Shown one piece after another: positions 12,382 through 20,574 of a DNA stretch of 37,156 bases (position 1 is the first letter of the stretch; every line of letters begins with the position of its first letter). This stretch comes from a virus. The stretch is from the IMG/VR virus record IMGVR_UViG_3300048913_000063, positions 1 through 37,156 of that record, one strand, 5' to 3'. The notes under the pieces are model-generated. The model had not been told where the DNA came from. It was given only the letters and a program-made list of their open reading frames with translations, and did not search any database. The position numbers and the translations under genes are program-made.

Positions 12382-14556
12382 ATGGCAACTACTGATAATC
12401 GAGATATTGTTACTAGTCCATCCCAAAAGTGGGTGGAAGCCATTGCTTCTTATGAGCGTGAATTCAAGAAATGGGAGAATCGCTCAGAGAAGATCGTCAA
12501 GATTTACCGTGATTTCGATAGTAACGCGGATAATCGGAATACCCAATCGGTCAATTTCAATATTCTCTGGTCGAACATTCAAACGCTACTCCCTGCGGTA
12601 TTCTCTCGCCTTCCTAAACCTGACGTTTCCAGGCGCTATCGTGATACTGATCCTGTGGGCCGGGTAGCCGCTCTTTTGCTTGAGCGCGCACTAAGCTTTG
12701 AAGTGGATCATTATCCCGACTATGGTGCGGCAATGGAAAACTGCGTGCGTGATCGCTTCCTAGGTGGTCGTGGTCAAGCATGGGTGCGCTATGAGCCGCA
12801 TATTGTCGCTCTGCCTGGCGAGCCGGAAGATGGTTTACAAGTTACCGATGATGCTGACGCTGGCGTCGAAGGTGAGCAGATCGAAGAGATTGAATACGAA
12901 TGCTGCCCTGTGGATTATGTCCACTGGAAGGATTTCGGGCATGTAGTGGCGCGTACATGGGAAGAAGTCCCTGCGGTATGGCGTAAGGTCTACATGAACC
13001 GTGATGCGCTGATTAAGCGCTTTGGCGAAGAGATTGCCTATCGCATCCCTCTGGATACAAAGCCTGATGCCATCAATAACGGCAATTTCACGCAAAACAG
13101 CAGCCAGGATGCGAAGTCACAGGCATGCATCTATGAGATTTGGGACAAAGAGAATCAGAAGGCTATTTGGTTCTCCAAGACGCTGAAACAGATCATTGAT
13201 GAGCGTCCTGACCCTCTGAAGCTTGAATGCTTCTTCCCATGCCCGCGCCCTCTGTATGCCACGCTCACCAGCGATACGCTGGTTCCGGTGCCGGACTACA
13301 AACAATATCAGGATCAGGCTCAGCAGCTTAACAAACTGGCTGTTCGCATTGATGGCCTGATTAAGATGCTGGTAGTGAAAGGCGTCTATGATGCTGCGAT
13401 TCCTGAACTTGCACGCCTGTTTAAAGAGGCTGGCAATGGGGATTTGATCCCAGTCAAGAGCTTCCAGAACTTCTCAGAGAAAGCGGGCCTGAAAGGCTCA
13501 ATCGATATCTTTGACATTGCTCCTATCGTTGCAGCGCTGAACGAGGCTTATCAGGCCATGGAAGCGGTCAAGAATGAGATTTATGAGTTAATGGGCATCT
13601 CGGATATCGTCCGTGGCTCATCTGATCCGCAAGAGACTTATGGTGCACAGAAGCTCAAAGGCCAATATGGCAGTATGCGCTTGCGTTCCAATCAAGAAGC
13701 CGTTGTCAAGTTTGCTACTGAGCTATTGCAGATCAAAGCGCAAATCATTTGCAAGCACTTCCAGCCTGAAAACTTCCTCAAGATCGCATCTGCGCAGCAA
13801 CTCCAGCCAGCGGATCAACAATTGATTGGCCCGGCAGTCCAATTGCTGATGGGCGATCGTGCTACCAATCCCGAATCTGAGACTCAGGAAGGCCCGCTAA
13901 TGGGCTTCCGTATCGAAGTTTCCAGCGATTCCATGGTGCAGATGAATGAGGAACAGGAAAAAAATGACCGTGTTCAATTTTTGGGTGCCGTTTCTGGTTT
14001 CCTGCGTGATGCCATGGCTGCTGTTCAGCAAGCTCCCCAACTTGCTCCCCTATCTGCTCTCCTTCTCAAATATGGTGTAAGTGGATTCAAGGTCGGCAAG
14101 ACTGTGGAAGGCGCGATTGATCAAATGATCGATCAATTGACGCAAGAGGCACAAAATCCGCAGCCTAAGCCAAGCAAAGAAGAAATGGCCGCACAAGCTA
14201 ATCTTCAGGCTGAACAGCAGAAGGCTCAACTGCAAGCGATGTTGAAAGATCGGGAGATTCAGGCAGAGAAAGAACTTGAGTTGGCCCGCCAGCAATTCCA
14301 AGCGCAAGAGGAACAGAACCGCAATCAATTGGAAGCTCAACGTTCTCAATTGGAAGCTCGCCTAGAAGCTCAATTGGAAATGCAACGCCAAGCGAATGCC
14401 AGGGAATTAGAATCCATGCGCGGTCAAATCCAAGTGCTTATTGCTTCGATGAATAATGAAGCCCGATTGGAACAAGCACAGATTACGGCACAAACTACTT
14501 TGACCAGCCAGCAGATTAGTGCTGCTGAAAGTGCTGATGATGAGGTGAATCGATAA
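12382..14556 (+). CDS. Portal protein with a long Q/E-rich C-terminal coiled coil
   Basis: 724 aa, immediately after terL. N-terminal ...NFNILWSNIQTLLPAVFSRLPKPDVSRRYRDTDPVGR... is a typical portal motif. The last ~130 aa are a Gln/Glu/Ala heptad-like barrel, as in large podovirus portals. Confidence 0.8.
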   Translation: MATTDNRDIVTSPSQKWVEAIASYEREFKKWENRSEKIVKIYRDFDSNADNRNTQSVNFNILWSNIQTLLPAVFSRLPKPDVSRRYRDTDPVGRVAALLLERALSFEVDHYPDYGAAMENCVRDRFLGGRGQAWVRYEPHIVALPGEPEDGLQVTDDADAGVEGEQIEEIEYECCPVDYVHWKDFGHVVARTWEEVPAVWRKVYMNRDALIKRFGEEIAYRIPLDTKPDAINNGNFTQNSSQDAKSQACIYEIWDKENQKAIWFSKTLKQIIDERPDPLKLECFFPCPRPLYATLTSDTLVPVPDYKQYQDQAQQLNKLAVRIDGLIKMLVVKGVYDAAIPELARLFKEAGNGDLIPVKSFQNFSEKAGLKGSIDIFDIAPIVAALNEAYQAMEAVKNEIYELMGISDIVRGSSDPQETYGAQKLKGQYGSMRLRSNQEAVVKFATELLQIKAQIICKHFQPENFLKIASAQQLQPADQQLIGPAVQLLMGDRATNPESETQEGPLMGFRIEVSSDSMVQMNEEQEKNDRVQFLGAVSGFLRDAMAAVQQAPQLAPLSALLLKYGVSGFKVGKTVEGAIDQMIDQLTQEAQNPQPKPSKEEMAAQANLQAEQQKAQLQAMLKDREIQAEKELELARQQFQAQEEQNRNQLEAQRSQLEARLEAQLEMQRQANARELESMRGQIQVLIASMNNEARLEQAQITAQTTLTSQQISAAESADDEVNR

Positions 14557-14885
14557 TGCCTATTTACGCGATGATGTGCCAATGCGGCCATGAAGAGGAT
14601 GTTTATCGTTCTATCTCCAAAATGAACGAGGATTTACCAAAGCATTGCGGCATTACAATGCAGCGTAAAATAGTCGCTCCGATGGTAACTGCTGATATTC
14701 AGCCTTATCAAAGTATGTGCGATGGTAGCTGGATTACCAGTCGCTCTCAGCATAAAGCGCATTTAAAGCGACATAATGTAGTAGAAGTAGGAAATGAGAA
14801 GTTGCCAGCACCAAAGAAACATATTGCGCCGCCGCCAGGATTAAAAGATACTCTTATCCGCACGGTAAATGAAAAACTGAAATAA
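14556..14885 (+). CDS. FmdB-like zinc-ribbon protein (109 aa)
   Basis: MPIYAMMCQCGHEEDVYRSISKMNEDLPKHCG... resembles the MPIYEY.C..CG FmdB/CxxC ribbon start. TAATG coupling to the portal gene. Confidence 0.5.
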   Translation: MPIYAMMCQCGHEEDVYRSISKMNEDLPKHCGITMQRKIVAPMVTADIQPYQSMCDGSWITSRSQHKAHLKRHNVVEVGNEKLPAPKKHIAPPPGLKDTLIRTVNEKLK

Positions 14886-14895
14886 CTCTTTCTCG

Positions 14896-14903
14896 ATTAC
14901 TTG
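14896..14903 (+). promoter_or_regulatory. ATTACTTG motif, copy 2 (11 nt upstream of the scaffold ATG)
   Basis: CTCGATTACTTGAGAGGATT matches 16 of 20 positions of CTCAATTACTTGAAGGGAAT at 18433-18452. Confidence 0.4.
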
Positions 14904-14914
14904 AGAGGATTTAA

Positions 14915-15949
14915 ATGGACGAAGAAATTGAAGTAAGTCAGCCGGAATCCCGGCGTGATATGTTGGCCGCAAGTTTCGATAACATTGAAACGCCAACTGA
15001 ACAGCCTATTAAAACGGCTGAAGATCGCGCAAGGGATGATCAGGGCCGTTTTGCGGCTAAGGAGCAAGAGCCAGTAAAGGCTGAAATTGCTCCTGAAACG
15101 CCGCAAGAGCAACAGATGACTCAACGCGAGTTGACGACCTGGCGCAAGGAATACCGTCCGATTCAAGATAAGTTGGGCCGTGGCGAGGCATTGACTGCCG
15201 ACGAAGCACGAAAGCTTTACGAATATAACTTTGAACGCGAGAAGCAATACGCCAGTGGCGTTGCAGCGTTTAAGGGCGAAGCTGAACAAGCTCGTGAGTT
15301 GACTAGTGTAATGAATGAGTTCATGCCGATCCTTCAGCAGAACAACATTCAACCGGCAACATGGATTAAGAATCTTGGCAATGCTCATCGCACTCTAGTG
15401 ATGGGTTCGCCAGAGCAGAAATTGCAGATGTTCAGCCAGCTTGCACAGGAATATGGAATTCCTCTGGCAGCGGTTGGACAAGCGCAACAGGGTCAAGTAG
15501 ATCCGGTTGCCATGCAATTGATGCAAGAGCTTCAAATGATTAAGCAGCAAGTCAGTGGTGTAACTAACTGGCGCGAGCAACAAGAGCAAGCAGCAGTACA
15601 CCAAGAATTGGCAAAGTTCGGGGATACCTCTAAGTATCCACACTTTGAGCAGGTACGCGGGGACATGGCTCTATTACTAGAGGCAGGTCGTGCCCAAGAC
15701 CTTGATGACGCTTATGCGAAGGCTGTACGCCTGTCTGATGATGCATGGAAGGCTGAGCAAGATCGAATTGCACAGACCACTATGCAAAACCAGCAACAGG
15801 CGAAAGCAGTATCCGTAGCTAAAGCGAAAGCGAGTGGTGGACAAGTGAAAAGTGCTACTCCTAGCACAATGATTCCAGTCCCAACCGCAAAGGATAGGCG
15901 TGGCGCACTGATGGAAGCTTTTGATTCCGTCGAGCCAGGCCGGGTTTGA
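14915..15949 (+). CDS. Scaffolding protein
   Basis: 344 aa, Glu/Gln/Ala-rich and predicted helical. Located between the portal and coat genes. Confidence 0.65.
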   Translation: MDEEIEVSQPESRRDMLAASFDNIETPTEQPIKTAEDRARDDQGRFAAKEQEPVKAEIAPETPQEQQMTQRELTTWRKEYRPIQDKLGRGEALTADEARKLYEYNFEREKQYASGVAAFKGEAEQARELTSVMNEFMPILQQNNIQPATWIKNLGNAHRTLVMGSPEQKLQMFSQLAQEYGIPLAAVGQAQQGQVDPVAMQLMQELQMIKQQVSGVTNWREQQEQAAVHQELAKFGDTSKYPHFEQVRGDMALLLEAGRAQDLDDAYAKAVRLSDDAWKAEQDRIAQTTMQNQQQAKAVSVAKAKASGGQVKSATPSTMIPVPTAKDRRGALMEAFDSVEPGRV

Positions 15950-15973
15950 TCTGTCTAAAACAGGAGAAATATT

Positions 15974-16975
15974 ATGGCTTTCGCCAACTCTCAAATTACC
16001 GATATTATCGCGACCACGATCCAGAGCCGCTCTGGTGAACTGGCCGACAACTTGACTAACAATAATGCGCTGCTGCGTCGCCTGAAAGCACGTGGCAATG
16101 TACGACCGTTCTCGGGTGGTAACGTTATCCTCGAAGAAATTATGTATAACGATCCGAGCACGGATAACAGCGCATCCTACTCTGGCTACGAAGCGATTAA
16201 CATTTCGCCAGATAGCCCGATTTCCGCTGCGCAGTACAGCATCAAGCAATATGCTGATGCTGTCACTATGTCCGGTCTGGAAATGCTGCAAAACAGCGGC
16301 AAGGAACAAATCATTGACCTGCTGGATGGTCGCATGATGGTCTCTGAGGCTCGCCTGCTGAACCGTATCGGCTCTGATATCTATCAGGACGGTACTGGCA
16401 ATGGCGGCAAGAATATCACTGGTCTGGCTGCTGCTGTCCCTGATGTGCCTACCACTGGCACTTATGGTGGCATCGACCGCGCAACCTGGACTTTCTGGCA
16501 GCCGAAGAAGTTTTCGGGCGTGACTGATGGCGGCGGTGCAGTATCCGTAGCCAACATTCAGCAGTACATGACCAAGCTTGCTCTGCAACTGGTTCGTGGT
16601 ACTGACATGCCTGACCTGATCGTCGCAGATACCAACTACTACGCTCTGTATGCTAACTCGCTGCAAGCAATTCAGCGTGTTACTTCGGACGGTGGTGGTG
16701 ATGCTGGCGCTGGTTTCGCAAGCCTGAAGTTCTATGGCGGCGGCACTCAGGCCGACGTGGTTCTAGATGGTGGTATCGGTGCAGCAGCAACCGCTAATCA
16801 CATGTGGTTCCTGAACACCAAATACATCTTCTTCCGTCCGCACAAAGACCGCAACTTCGTGCCAATCGGTGGCGAACGTCAAGCTGTCAATCAGGATGCA
16901 ATCGTGCGTCTGTATGGCTGGGCTGGCAATCTGACTGTATCGGGTTCTCAGTTCCAAGGTGTCTTGCTGAGCTGA
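15974..16975 (+). CDS. Major capsid (coat) protein
   Basis: 333 aa with a strong RBS (ACAGGAGAAAT). Position after the scaffold gene. The N-terminal MAFANSQITDIIATTIQSRSGELADNLTNNNALLRRL pattern is seen in P22-type coat protein families. Strong avoidance of TTA/CTA/TCA codons suggests high expression. Confidence 0.75.
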   Translation: MAFANSQITDIIATTIQSRSGELADNLTNNNALLRRLKARGNVRPFSGGNVILEEIMYNDPSTDNSASYSGYEAINISPDSPISAAQYSIKQYADAVTMSGLEMLQNSGKEQIIDLLDGRMMVSEARLLNRIGSDIYQDGTGNGGKNITGLAAAVPDVPTTGTYGGIDRATWTFWQPKKFSGVTDGGGAVSVANIQQYMTKLALQLVRGTDMPDLIVADTNYYALYANSLQAIQRVTSDGGGDAGAGFASLKFYGGGTQADVVLDGGIGAAATANHMWFLNTKYIFFRPHKDRNFVPIGGERQAVNQDAIVRLYGWAGNLTVSGSQFQGVLLS

Positions 16976-17030
16976 TTGCTTAAAACAATGCGGGAATATA
17001 CCATGTAATCTCTTAAATAAAGGAGGTTAT

Positions 17031-17483
17031 ATGGCGCGCCCAAGGTCTGATGTATATGTGAGATTCCAAAAGAAGGTGGAAATTATGCCTTCCGGTTGTC
17101 ATGAATGGCGGTCACAGATAAAACGTGATGGTTACGGAAGATTTCATCACGAAGGAAGAGGTCAGGCCGCGCACAGAGTTGCGTATCAACTTTATCTAGG
17201 AGAGATACCTGATGGTAAGGTGGTTATGCATAAATGCGACAATCGGATTTGTGTTAATCCAGATCATTTGAGTGTTGGTTCTTTGCAAGACAACATTAAG
17301 GACATGGATATAAAACAAAGGCGAGGCACAAAAAGCAAGCTGACATATGCGCAAGTAGAGGAAATAAAAGAAATGGCTAAAGATAGATTTTCTCAGTTTG
17401 TAATTGCTGAAGCATATGGAGTACATCAGACTACAATTAGCCGCATTGTTTTGGAAAAGACTACTAAATTCAAGGAGAAATAA
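17031..17483 (+). mobile_element. Free-standing HNH (HNH_3-type) homing endonuclease with a C-terminal HTH
   Basis: 150 aa. ...GCHEW...DGYGRF......AHRVAYQLYLGEIPDGKVVMHKCDNRICVNPDHL is the HNH_3 signature. Own strong RBS AAGGAGG. Inserted between the coat and decoration genes. Confidence 0.85.
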
Positions 17484-17484
17484 C

Positions 17485-17979
17485 ATGGCTTACACCATTC
17501 AAAATTCCCTGGCTGGCTTCCAGCCTATTGCAGTCACCGATACCGTGCAGAATCATGCACTCGGCTATGTCGTTCGTGCTACTGATCCTGTCTATGGCGG
17601 TGGCGAATTCATCTACCTGAAAGGCATCGGCTCGACCGTAGTTGGCTCTATGGTTGACTACGACGAATACCTTGGCACTACTGCTTTGTCGCCCGCTACT
17701 GGTGGCACTGGCATGGTTGCTGTCGCTATGTCGGCTAACGTGGCTAATCAATATGGCTGGTATCAGATTACCGGCTCTGCTGTTGTCAAAGCACCTAACG
17801 CAATGACTCCAGGCGCTGAAGTGTTCTCCCTGGCTGCAACTCCTGGTTCTGTGGATGATGCGGCGGTGGCTGGCGAACAGATCCTGAATGCCAAAGTATC
17901 GACCACTACCGGCACTCCTGGCACTGGTCTTGGCGTGATTCAGATTTCTCGCCCATTCCACCAAGGTCAGATCACCTGA
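17485..17979 (+). CDS. Putative capsid decoration/cement protein (164 aa)
   Basis: Internal ATG of track ORF 17404..17979 after AAGGAGAAA. Gly/Ala/Thr/Val-rich beta protein following the coat gene, and followed by a hairpin. Confidence 0.5.
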   Translation: MAYTIQNSLAGFQPIAVTDTVQNHALGYVVRATDPVYGGGEFIYLKGIGSTVVGSMVDYDEYLGTTALSPATGGTGMVAVAMSANVANQYGWYQITGSAVVKAPNAMTPGAEVFSLAATPGSVDDAAVAGEQILNAKVSTTTGTPGTGLGVIQISRPFHQGQIT

Positions 17980-17982
17980 TGA

Positions 17983-18005
17983 ATGGGGCTTCGGCCCCAT
18001 CTTTC
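17983..18005 (+). terminator. Tetraloop hairpin / partial terminator after the decoration gene
   Basis: ATGGGGC-TTCG-GCCCCAT (17983-18000) followed by CTTTC. Confidence 0.45.
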
Positions 18006-18018
18006 AAAGGAGAGCAAT

Positions 18019-18393
18019 ATGTCTGGTTTTCAACAAGATATGTGCGGTACTGGGGTTGCTCCGGGTACTGCCGCTTCCATTGCTGGTTCACTCCAATTGA
18101 GCCAAACCGCGACTGGCAGCAATCAAGCTACCGCATTCGCAATTACTTCTAGCACTACGGAATTTACTACCGTGGCATCTAGCACTGGCGCAATTCTGCC
18201 AGTACTTCGTGTTACCGCTAATGATGCACTGTATATCGTGAATAATGGCGCTAATACTCTGTCAGTTTATCCACCTTTAGGCTTTAAAATTGGCACTGCT
18301 GCGACGAATGCAGCAGTATCGATTGCAGCGGGCAAAGCTGGTGAATTTGTAGCACGTGGCGATGGTAATTACTTCGCCAATATCAGCGCGTAA
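18019..18393 (+). CDS. Small beta-rich structural protein (124 aa)
   Basis: Internal ATG of track ORF 17983..18393 after AAAGGAGAG. Followed by a terminator. Confidence 0.5.
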   Translation: MSGFQQDMCGTGVAPGTAASIAGSLQLSQTATGSNQATAFAITSSTTEFTTVASSTGAILPVLRVTANDALYIVNNGANTLSVYPPLGFKIGTAATNAAVSIAAGKAGEFVARGDGNYFANISA

Positions 18394-18396
18394 TCA

Positions 18397-18419
18397 ATGG
18401 GGACTTAGCTCCCCATTTT
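18397..18419 (+). terminator. Intrinsic terminator/attenuator
   Basis: ATGGGGA-CTTAGC-TCCCCAT followed by TTT(C)TT. The stem sequence is nearly identical to the hairpin at 17983-18000. Confidence 0.5.
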
Positions 18420-18436
18420 CTTAACTGACTACCTCA

Positions 18437-18444
18437 ATTACTTG
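18437..18444 (+). promoter_or_regulatory. ATTACTTG motif, copy 3 (13 nt upstream of the 18458 ATG)
   Basis: See copies at 9133 and 14896. Here it is followed by the purine-rich AAGGGAA. Confidence 0.4.
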
Positions 18445-18457
18445 AAGGGAATCAAAA

Positions 18458-19123
18458 ATGAGTCAAATGCTAGCTTCTGATCTGAATAATCCTGAGTTCG
18501 TAGGCGCGTCTAATCCTGATGCTCGCCTGTCTGTTGTTTTCTTTAGCAAGCCGCTGAAGAATAATTTCAGGACTGAACAAGAGGGACGCCCTATCTTCGA
18601 TGATTGCGACATGGTGCGAATCTATGTACCTGGCGATGATAAGAACATCGTTGAAACCTTTGTACGTGATGATCATAAGCGCAGGTTCCCGCTGCAATGG
18701 GCGCATTATCAGAACAAGATGCAAGGTGATCAGCGCTTGGCTGGTAAGACTCCGATTAATCAATGGCCGCGCATCACTCCTGCTCAGGCGGAAGAACTGC
18801 GTGCATTGAAGTTTCTGTCCGTTGAAGATGTGGCAAATGCTTCCGATTCGAATATTCAACAGATTGGCATGCTGGCCGGTATGTCGCCTTATGCATTCCG
18901 CGAAGCTGCCCAACGCTATTTGAAACTGGCATCGGATGAATCGGCAGCAGCTAAAGGCGATGAACGTCTGAAAGCAATGGAAGCAGAGAATCTGGCGATG
19001 AAAGAGCAAATGCAGAAGATGCAGGCTCATTTTGAAATGCTGGCAAATCAAACGCAAAGCGCTCCAGAAGAAGTAAAATCCGAAGAAGCCCCGCGACGTG
19101 GACGACCACCAAAAGAAAGCTAA
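18458..19123 (+). CDS. Conserved virion-module protein (221 aa) with a C-terminal coiled coil
   Basis: Track ORF. ...EQEGRPIFDDCDMVRIYVPGDDKN...KRRFPLQWAHYQ...INQWPRITPAQAEELRALKFLSVEDVANASD... is a pattern I associate with podovirus morphogenesis clusters. Function unknown. Confidence 0.55.
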   Translation: MSQMLASDLNNPEFVGASNPDARLSVVFFSKPLKNNFRTEQEGRPIFDDCDMVRIYVPGDDKNIVETFVRDDHKRRFPLQWAHYQNKMQGDQRLAGKTPINQWPRITPAQAEELRALKFLSVEDVANASDSNIQQIGMLAGMSPYAFREAAQRYLKLASDESAAAKGDERLKAMEAENLAMKEQMQKMQAHFEMLANQTQSAPEEVKSEEAPRRGRPPKES

Positions 19124-19126
19124 TTC

Positions 19127-20026
19127 ATGAAAACCATGCTGCAAATCATCCAGGCTGCAACACAGGAAATGGCGATCCCAGTTCCTACATTGGTAGCCGG
19201 TTCAACTTCAACCGATACGATTCAATTATTTGCATTGCTGAATCGCGTCCTGAGTGATTTGCAGCGTGATTATATTTGGCAGTCTCTGCGCGTTGAATAT
19301 CGATTCACTACGCAATTTTTGCAGACTACCGGAACGGTTACAGCTAATAGCCCGATCATTACGGCTATCGCGAATACGACTGGGCTTGATAATACGTACC
19401 AAATCGTTGCTACTGGCGTGAATAATGATACGTATATCCAGACTAAGGATTCCGCTACTCAGGTAACAATGACTCAAGCGGCTAGCGCATCAGGAACCGG
19501 CATTCCGATTACTTTCTGCAAGACCAAATATGCGATGCCTGCGGATTATGACCGCCCAATTGATCGTACTCAATGGGACAAGTCTAAGCATTGGGAAATG
19601 CTCGGCCCTGAAACGCCGCAACAGTGGCAATGGCTGAAGTCTGGTTACATTTCGACTGGACCCCGTATCCGCTGGACATATCTCGGGGGATTCTTCCAGA
19701 TCTGGCCTGCTGTCAGTTCCCCGGAATATCTCGGCTTTGAATATATCAGCAATGGTGCAGTTCTGGATTCGACCGGCGCTCGCAAGCAATATTTCACTGC
19801 CGACAGCGATACTTGCATCTTCCCTGATGGGCTGATGATTGTTGGCCTGAAGAATGCCTACTACCAGGCTAAAGGCTTTGGGGATCAGTACACATCTGAG
19901 TTCGAAAATCTCTGGGCGATCGCTAAGGCGAATGACTCTGGCAGCGCAACGCTGCACATGGCCCCCGATCCACTTAACACGTTGATTGGATGGGAGAATT
20001 TGCCTGACAGTTCTTACGGGCAATAA
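19127..20026 (+). CDS. Putative head-tail adaptor / tail tubular A-like structural protein (299 aa)
   Basis: Track ORF. Position immediately before the large tail protein. N-terminal ...LQIIQAATQEMAIPVPTLVAGSTSTDTIQLFALLNRVLSDLQRDYIW is typical of adaptor-type proteins. Confidence 0.45.
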   Translation: MKTMLQIIQAATQEMAIPVPTLVAGSTSTDTIQLFALLNRVLSDLQRDYIWQSLRVEYRFTTQFLQTTGTVTANSPIITAIANTTGLDNTYQIVATGVNNDTYIQTKDSATQVTMTQAASASGTGIPITFCKTKYAMPADYDRPIDRTQWDKSKHWEMLGPETPQQWQWLKSGYISTGPRIRWTYLGGFFQIWPAVSSPEYLGFEYISNGAVLDSTGARKQYFTADSDTCIFPDGLMIVGLKNAYYQAKGFGDQYTSEFENLWAIAKANDSGSATLHMAPDPLNTLIGWENLPDSSYGQ

Positions 20027-20028
20027 AA

Positions 20029-20526
20029 CTAAATATGAGCCCATCGGACTTTGTTTTTAATCCTTGATACCTGACTTTCTTGGATGCCGTAATCTGCTGC
20101 AATATATTTTTGACGGCGAGTGTCAGCACGAATAGCTAATACTTGTTCAGTAGTTAGTTTCGCAGTACCACATTGCTCGCCGCGATTGCTTGTTCCATGT
20201 TTCACGCGGTCAGCTTGATTAGCAGCAGCAGTATCCCAACGAAGATTTGAGACATGATTATTGGCTGGATTCCCATCATTGTGACAGCATTCATGTTTTG
20301 GCGGTGGCTCTCCAAGAAAAGCATGGGCAACAAGACGATGAACTTTCAAAAGCTTACATTGATTATCAATCCAAAGCATAATGCTAAGGCGTCCATCTTT
20401 CTTGTTTGGAGTAGGTTTTTTAAGCAATCCAGTTTTTACAGTTCGAACATTGCCATGATCAGAAACTTCGTAAATTCCTTCGTAGCCAACCACAGGGAGC
20501 CAAGTCTCGGTCATATTAAGATCCAT
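20029..20526 (-). mobile_element. Free-standing NUMOD4 + HNH homing endonuclease with a C-terminal HTH, antisense to the late operon
   Basis: Track ORF 20029..20610, trimmed to MDLNMTETWLPVVGYEGIYEVSDHGNVRT (NUMOD4 motif). ...VHRLVAHAFLG...CCHNDGNPANNHVSNLRW is an HNH motif. ...KLTTEQVLAIR....IAADYGIQESQVSRI is the HTH. The start is uncertain (20526 or 20514). Confidence 0.8.
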
Positions 20527-20574
20527 ATTTTCGACAGAGGAATTATTCCACATAAAAATATGGAGTGCAATTAA

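Noticed and set aside
15677-16666. Very long antisense ORFs: 15677..16666 (329 aa), 25173..26258 (361 aa), 21025..21957 (310 aa), 18470..19144 (224 aa, almost coextensive with the 221-aa gene) and 32518..33330 (270 aa). These could be taken for overprinted genes.
   Set aside because: In all five cases the triplet boundaries coincide with those of the sense gene (same coordinate modulo 3). They stay open simply because the sense genes avoid TTA, CTA and TCA codons. Their translations are Arg/Ser/Leu/Cys-rich nonsense without RBSs. They are codon-usage shadows, not genes.
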